38,527 nt of DNA from Octopus sinensis (taxonomy: Eukaryota): assembly GCF_006345805.1 (NCBI RefSeq), contig NW_021833223.1, forward strand, positions 1 through 38,527, given 5' to 3'. The position numbers and the translations under genes are program-made. The notes below the pieces were generated by a model. That model made no database searches. It had not been told where the DNA came from and was given only the letters and a program-made list of their open reading frames with translations. The stretch's first letter is position 1. Each line of letters opens with the position of its first letter. Positions 32,905 through 38,527 of the stretch are shown piece by piece.

Positions 32905-33407
32905 TAGTGCTCTCTCTGGTTTTTAAAACGTGATTGAATCCCATCTCTGACACAGGTGGGACAACGTATGTGAGAAGGTTTGAAACTCCATACGTGGCAA
33001 CCCAACCTAAACTTTATGCTGGAAGGGAGTTATGTGATTAGCATATGATCTTTAAATTCCCCCCTCACATTGTCCTGTATAGGTCTTCTTATCTGTTGTA
33101 TTATCCTCTAGCGTTGCATTAACTTCTGCTTCATATATGACAGATTCAATCATACATCGCTGGCCAAGTGGACATTATCATTTGTCACGACAGTTACAAA
33201 GGAAATTAGGTTTTTGGTGTTGACCTCGTGTAAGAATATTCTTCATATTGGGGCAGCAGCTATATGATAATTTAACAGAACGCCTTTCGATATTTCTTGT
33301 ACTTGTGAGTTGCTTGAAAATATTTGGCTAAGAGAGACAGGAATCTTTTACCTATGTTAGTTTTTACATTAAGGGAGAAGGGAGTAGCATACCAAATAGT
33401 ATCCCTG
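32905..33407 (-). mobile_element. Penelope-like element ORF remnant (RT C-terminal linker plus GIY-YIG endonuclease), pseudogenised
   Basis: Manual translation across frameshifts: RDTIWYATPFSLNVKTNIGKRFLSLLAKYF...SVKLSYSCCPNMKNIL...CNCRDK**CPLGQRCMIESVIYEAEV...KKTYTGQCEG...NH...RCPTCV. Contains IW...PFS.NVKTNIG, VK.SYSC.PNM, CNCR/CPL and VIY...YTG motifs typical of PLEs. Confidence 0.9.
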
Positions 33408-33435
33408 GTCTATATATAGATATATATCTATATAT

Positions 33436-33478
<43 letters not shown>

Positions 33479-33739
33479 AAATTAAAATGAAAGTGAGTGT
33501 GAAAATTGGATATTAATTTGATAACATCGTTTTAACACCAGTGGTTAATAGTGAAACATTTTTTGTGATTAATCTATATTTTTGCTACTTTTCATTTGCC
33601 TTGCTAGCTTACGTTTCTGGTGTTTGCTAAATTTTCTAGAGAACATTTCTAAGTGGTAAGACCATAGCGGATCTACTAGAGTTCTCCACATATTTGCCAT
33701 CCCTCTCATATATATGTAATATATATATATATATGTATA

Positions 33740-34140
33740 TACTCTTTTACTCTTTTACTTGTTTCAGTCATTTGGCTGCGGCCATACTGGGGCACCGCCT
33801 TTAGTCGATCAAATCGACCCCGGGACTTATTCTTTGTAAGCCCAGTACTTATTCTATCTGTCTCTTTTGCTGAACCGATAAGTGACGGGGACGTAAACAC
33901 ACCAGCATCGGTTGTCAAGCAATGCTAGGGGGGGGGCAAACACAGACACACAAACACACTCACATACATATCTATATACGATAGGCTTCTTTCAGTTTCC
34001 GTCTACCAAATCCACTCACAAGGCATTGGTCGGCCCGGGGCTATAGCAGAAGACACTTGCCCAAGATGCCACGCAGTGGGACTGAACCCGCAACCATGTG
34101 GTTTGTTAGCAAGCTACTTACCACACAGCCACTCCTGCCC
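33740..34140 (-). mobile_element. Full-length tRNA-derived SINE (family A)
   Basis: Colinear and highly similar to 15695-16109 and 19735-20150. Confidence 0.93.
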
Positions 34141-34141
34141 T

Positions 34142-34188
34142 TATATACCAAGCCCAACCGTGTTTATCTGCAACACTACGTATCTGTA

Positions 34189-34234
<46 letters not shown>

Positions 34235-34286
34235 CACAATTACAGATACGTAGTGTTGCAGATAAACACGGTGGGCTTGGTATATA
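34142..34286. repeat. 47-bp near-perfect inverted repeat around a TG/TA/CA spacer
   Basis: 34142-34188 and 34241-34286 are reverse complements apart from one indel. Confidence 0.92.
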
Positions 34287-34792
34287 ATACACAGAAACAT
34301 ATACACATATATGTATATATAGGAATATATCAAGAGAGATAAACTTGAACGGAAACATACAGCAGGTGAAAACACTTGTATAAACATATAGATACCAATA
34401 TATTTTTACAAAATAAATAAACTTACATGGACTACAAAATATAGTGAAAACTAAGGGATGGAGGTATGGTATTTTAAATTCGACAGCTGTTTCTGGGGGC
34501 TCGGGATTACCTAATAGTTTTAAAGTTATCAAGGAGAAAAGTTCGATCTAACGTAGAGGATGCACGTAAACATTAACGGAAAACAAGCTTTGTTGGGAGG
34601 ATGGATTGGCAAATAACTGCTTTCCAATACAAGTAAGGAATACGTAGCATCAACTGCATACGAGTGAAGAACAATAGTGGAAAAGAAAAAGGGACACTAG
34701 AAGTAACAGAAGCAAAGAAACTAAACCTTGATTATAAAGACAAATGTCTTGTCTTGATGTACATTTTGTATACATATATATATATATGTATA

Positions 34793-34828
<36 letters not shown>

Positions 34829-35126
34829 TGAAAGAGAGAGCGACAGGCAGACAGGGACAGAGAGAGATGCATTGAGGCGTGTGGTGTTACAAAAATAAGA
34901 AAGGAGTAAATAATTTAAATGCACATACAAAGATCATAAATAACATGAAAATGAATGTAAGTTGGCGACTTCAAATTGCATATTATTTCACGAGCTATTT
35001 TCAGCCATCTTATTATCGATAGAAAATATATAGAGAGAGATACAGTAAATGATAGATAAATAGATAACTCTATGCATGTATAATTATATCGATTATGTAT
35101 CCATATATACATACATGTATATATAT

Positions 35127-35175
<49 letters not shown>

Positions 35176-35250
35176 GTATTTATTATATATATATGTATAT
35201 ATATATATATGTATATATATTATTATATATATAATTATATTATATATATA

Positions 35251-35413
35251 TGTATACGCATACACTCAAAATATGCATATATATCTGCATATGTTAGCAT
35301 ATCTGTATATGTACATTTCTGTATGTATATATATATATATATATGTATACGCATACACTCAAAATATGCAATATATCTGCATATGTTAGCATATCTGTAT
35401 ATGTACATTTCTG

Positions 35414-35420
<7 letters not shown>
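35251..35420. repeat. Tandem duplication, period ~93 bp, within (TA)n
   Basis: TGTATACGCATACACTCAAAATATGCA...GTACATTTCTGTATG starts at 35251 and 35344. Confidence 0.9.
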
Positions 35421-35458
<38 letters not shown>

Positions 35459-35536
35459 GCAATTACTCAGCGAGAAAGAGAAAGAGAGCGACATGAGCTG
35501 CTTTGAAATGTCTAAAAGTTGGTATATAGCTGACCA

Positions 35537-35655
35537 GATGGTAGTGGTGGTGATGGTGGTGGTGGTGGAGGTGGCGGTAGTGGTGATGGTGGTACTGGTG
35601 GTGGTGGTGCTGGTGCTGGTGGTGCTGGTGCTGGTGCTGGTGCTGGTAGTGGTTT
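35537..35655. repeat. (GGT)n/(GGTGCT)n triplet-derived repeat
   Basis: Direct reading. Confidence 0.93.
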
Positions 35656-35989
35656 TGAAAATGTTCTTCTTAATCTTCCTCAAATTGATGAAAAAAAAGA
35701 AATAATAATAACAACAACAACAATAATAATGACAAAAGCAAAAACAAGAACAAGAACGGTAACAGCAAATGGTGAACAGCAGAAAAACAAAGGAACCCTA
35801 TGTCGCCCAAACAGCATCATCTCTTGCATCCTTTGCAAAAAGTCCCCTAATTATCGGCGGAATAGTGCCAATGACAAAAAGCCGTCAGCTATATGGAGGA
35901 CGTGTGAAATGTCATATTTTACTTGGCTCAAAGCACAGAAGAGAGGAAGATCTATTTTGAAGCAGAGCCAAATAGTTCTCTCAGTCAGC

Positions 35990-36047
35990 GTAGATGATGA
36001 TGATGATGATGGGGAAGATGATGACGATGACGAATATAATAATAATG

Positions 36048-36087
<40 letters not shown>

Positions 36088-36122
36088 TGATAATAACAAT
36101 ACTAATAATAATAATAATAATA

Positions 36123-36153
<31 letters not shown>

Positions 36154-36218
36154 TGATAAAAATAATATAATAATAACAATAATAAACATAATATAATAAT
36201 AATAATAACAACAACAAC

Positions 36219-36259
<41 letters not shown>

Positions 36260-36300
36260 TATAATAATAATGATAATAATAATAATAATAATAATAATGG
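35990..36300. repeat. (GAT)n then (AAT)n trinucleotide repeats
   Basis: Direct reading. Explains the poly-D/N/I/L/Y ORFs. Confidence 0.95.
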
Positions 36301-36424
36301 ACCATAATAACGTTGCGGAGGAGTATGAGAAAGGGGGAGAGTGTGGGAAGTTGCTTGTTGAAACTGGTTGCTTTTTAGCTGGCTCGCAACAGCATTTGAT
36401 GAGCAACGCATTTTTGTACATTTG

Positions 36425-36427
36425 TGT

Positions 36428-36493
<66 letters not shown>

Positions 36494-36900
36494 GGTCGAT
36501 GTATAGATGCATTGTCGTTTGTATGTAGGAATATCGAGGAAGTATACAGATATGAATGCCAATATATTGACATATATTTCACATATATAGTCTTGAAGGT
36601 GGACCTTGTTTCAGCAATATGTATTTATACATACATACACACACACACACCTACATACGCACACACACGCATACACACACAAATATACATGTGTGTATGT
36701 ATGTGTATATGTATATATACGTGTATGTATATATATTTATGTGTATGTATATATATATGCATGCATGTATATATATATATAATGTATATGTATATATATA
36801 ATGTATATATATGCATATACACACACATACAGACACAAACACACAAACACACACACATGTACAGATATACATATATACAAACATATATAGTTATACATAT
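36425..36900. repeat. (TG)n, (CA)n and (TA)n microsatellite-rich tract
   Basis: Direct reading. Confidence 0.92.
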
Positions 36901-38289
36901 GTTCTTACATAGATGCATATTCTGATTTCCTTTCAGAAATAATTTATCGCCCATGCTGTAGCAACTCCTTGAAAACTTCTTTCTGTCGAGTACATATAAA
37001 TAATGTTTTTTTTTTTTTTTTAGTCTATTATTTATTTTGTCGATTTCTTTTAGTCGAACTACTAACTTACGGCATCAGTGTCATGTACGTGTTTACTTAT
37101 AGCTCCTTATATACATATAAGAGGAATTACCACAAGGTGGATTCCTAATATGCTAGAGGAAGACTCCATATGGTCTTACCTCTATCAAAAATATTTTCGT
37201 AAACGCCTGAACGTAAAGCTTGCAAGACAAAAAGGAAAGATACAAAATTTGTTGATACGACACATACCTAGATTTCGTTGTTTACATTTACAGTGAGTAA
37301 ATGTCCGCAACTCATCAGTGTGACCGTCACGGAATATATAATTCACAGAACTATACACGAGATATCCTCACAAGAAAGGACATGTGACATACACCCCCAA
37401 ATATAATTGATAGAACTATGTACAGGTCGTCTCTTGTAAGGATGAGTAGCTTATCTTTGAGTCGGGTATATGTGAAAGAAATGGAAAAGAATTTATCAAA
37501 GCAGAATTATGGTATTTAAAGAGAGTTAAGGCTAATGCACAATAGGTAGAGTTAAAAATATAGTCTCATACAGTTATTTCTGGCATATCCCAGGATCGAG
37601 TACCTAGGATATCATATTTTCCTAAGGCTCCATATAATGTGGATTCTATCATCGGGAAAATATATGAAATATAAGCTGGGAAATATAGGCAGGAACATTT
37701 ATTGTAGAAAAATGCGTTGCACAGTAGAAAGTTCATGGTTCGTTATAGTTTATAGATTATCGTATTCCGGATTGTAGTGGCGTTTATTTAGATCCAAATG
37801 CAAGGGTTCTTCCTTACATATGTTCCTAAGTAAATCCATTGTTCAAAATAGAGGTTGAGTAATGTATCCAGAAAAGATAGTGCTAGCAGTTTTTATTTTG
37901 AACAATGGTACATGTGTCCCAATCGTTTCCGCTGGATGGCCGTCCTTTAAGAGGTTTTGTCGTTTTGTTTCTCGTTCCGCTGTGTGTGAAAGAAAAGCCA
38001 CCTTCCTTACCAAGAACACTTGGTAGATTTCACTGATTAGTTGCTGGCAGTTCAAATATGCGGCCGACTTCTCGAGTGCACATGCTACCAGTTGCACTAA
38101 GAGTGGCATACCTACATACAGACGGACAGACATGTATGCATGCATTAAACTTGAAGATATCTTAAAATGCACCTTCATCAAGATGAGAACGTCTCTCTGG
38201 CAAAACATCGAAATACCTGTCACATTTAAAAATTAAATATTTTATGTATTACTCTTTTGGTTCAGTTCATATTTGTCTTCGTATAACTA

Positions 38290-38331
38290 ATAGAATGTAT
38301 GTATACATACATGCATACCATACATAATACA

Positions 38332-38410
<79 letters not shown>

Positions 38411-38527
38411 CTTGAATATAAATACCATGTAACTTACATATAGAAACACATACACACACACACACACTCACACACATACCACACATATATATATATATAT
38501 ATATATATTATACATACATACACACAC
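38290..38527. repeat. (TA)n/(CA)n microsatellite-rich tract
   Basis: Direct reading. Confidence 0.93.

Noticed and set aside
35729-36582. ORFs of 155-243 aa with poly-D/N/L/I/Y
   Set aside because: Length comes from (GAT)n, (AAT)n and (TG)n repeats. The unique part has no recognisable domain or splice support.

Overview
Repeat-dense, AT-rich animal genomic DNA with no identifiable intact protein-coding gene. The SINE types and very high (TA)n/(TG)n/(GATA)n content suggest a cephalopod (Octopus); this is inferred from pattern familiarity, not a database search. The dominant structure is a 6.7-kb tandem array (6104-12850) of a ~473-bp non-coding unit, about 14 copies, between two (TA)n tracts. 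Each unit carries a type I hammerhead ribozyme (HHR) fold: 7-bp stem I, CUGAUGA and GAAA core, GUC cleavage triplet, 12-nt palindromic stem III and an unusually long stem II. The array flips orientation at ~11171-11175 (10.7 units HHR-sense on minus, 3.5 units HHR-sense on plus), giving a ~1.7-kb inverted repeat. It resembles a retrozyme or Penelope-derived ribozyme satellite that could yield viroid-sized circular RNAs. The window also has six dispersed minimal HHR-like motifs in short Penelope-type repeats, a decayed Penelope RT/GIY-YIG fragment (32905-33407, minus), CR1-, RTE- and mariner-derived fragments, many tRNA-derived SINEs, small inverted-repeat elements and microsatellites. Almost all ORFs in the supplied track are microsatellite or antisense artefacts. 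All RNA folds were paired by eye and need computational and experimental confirmation.
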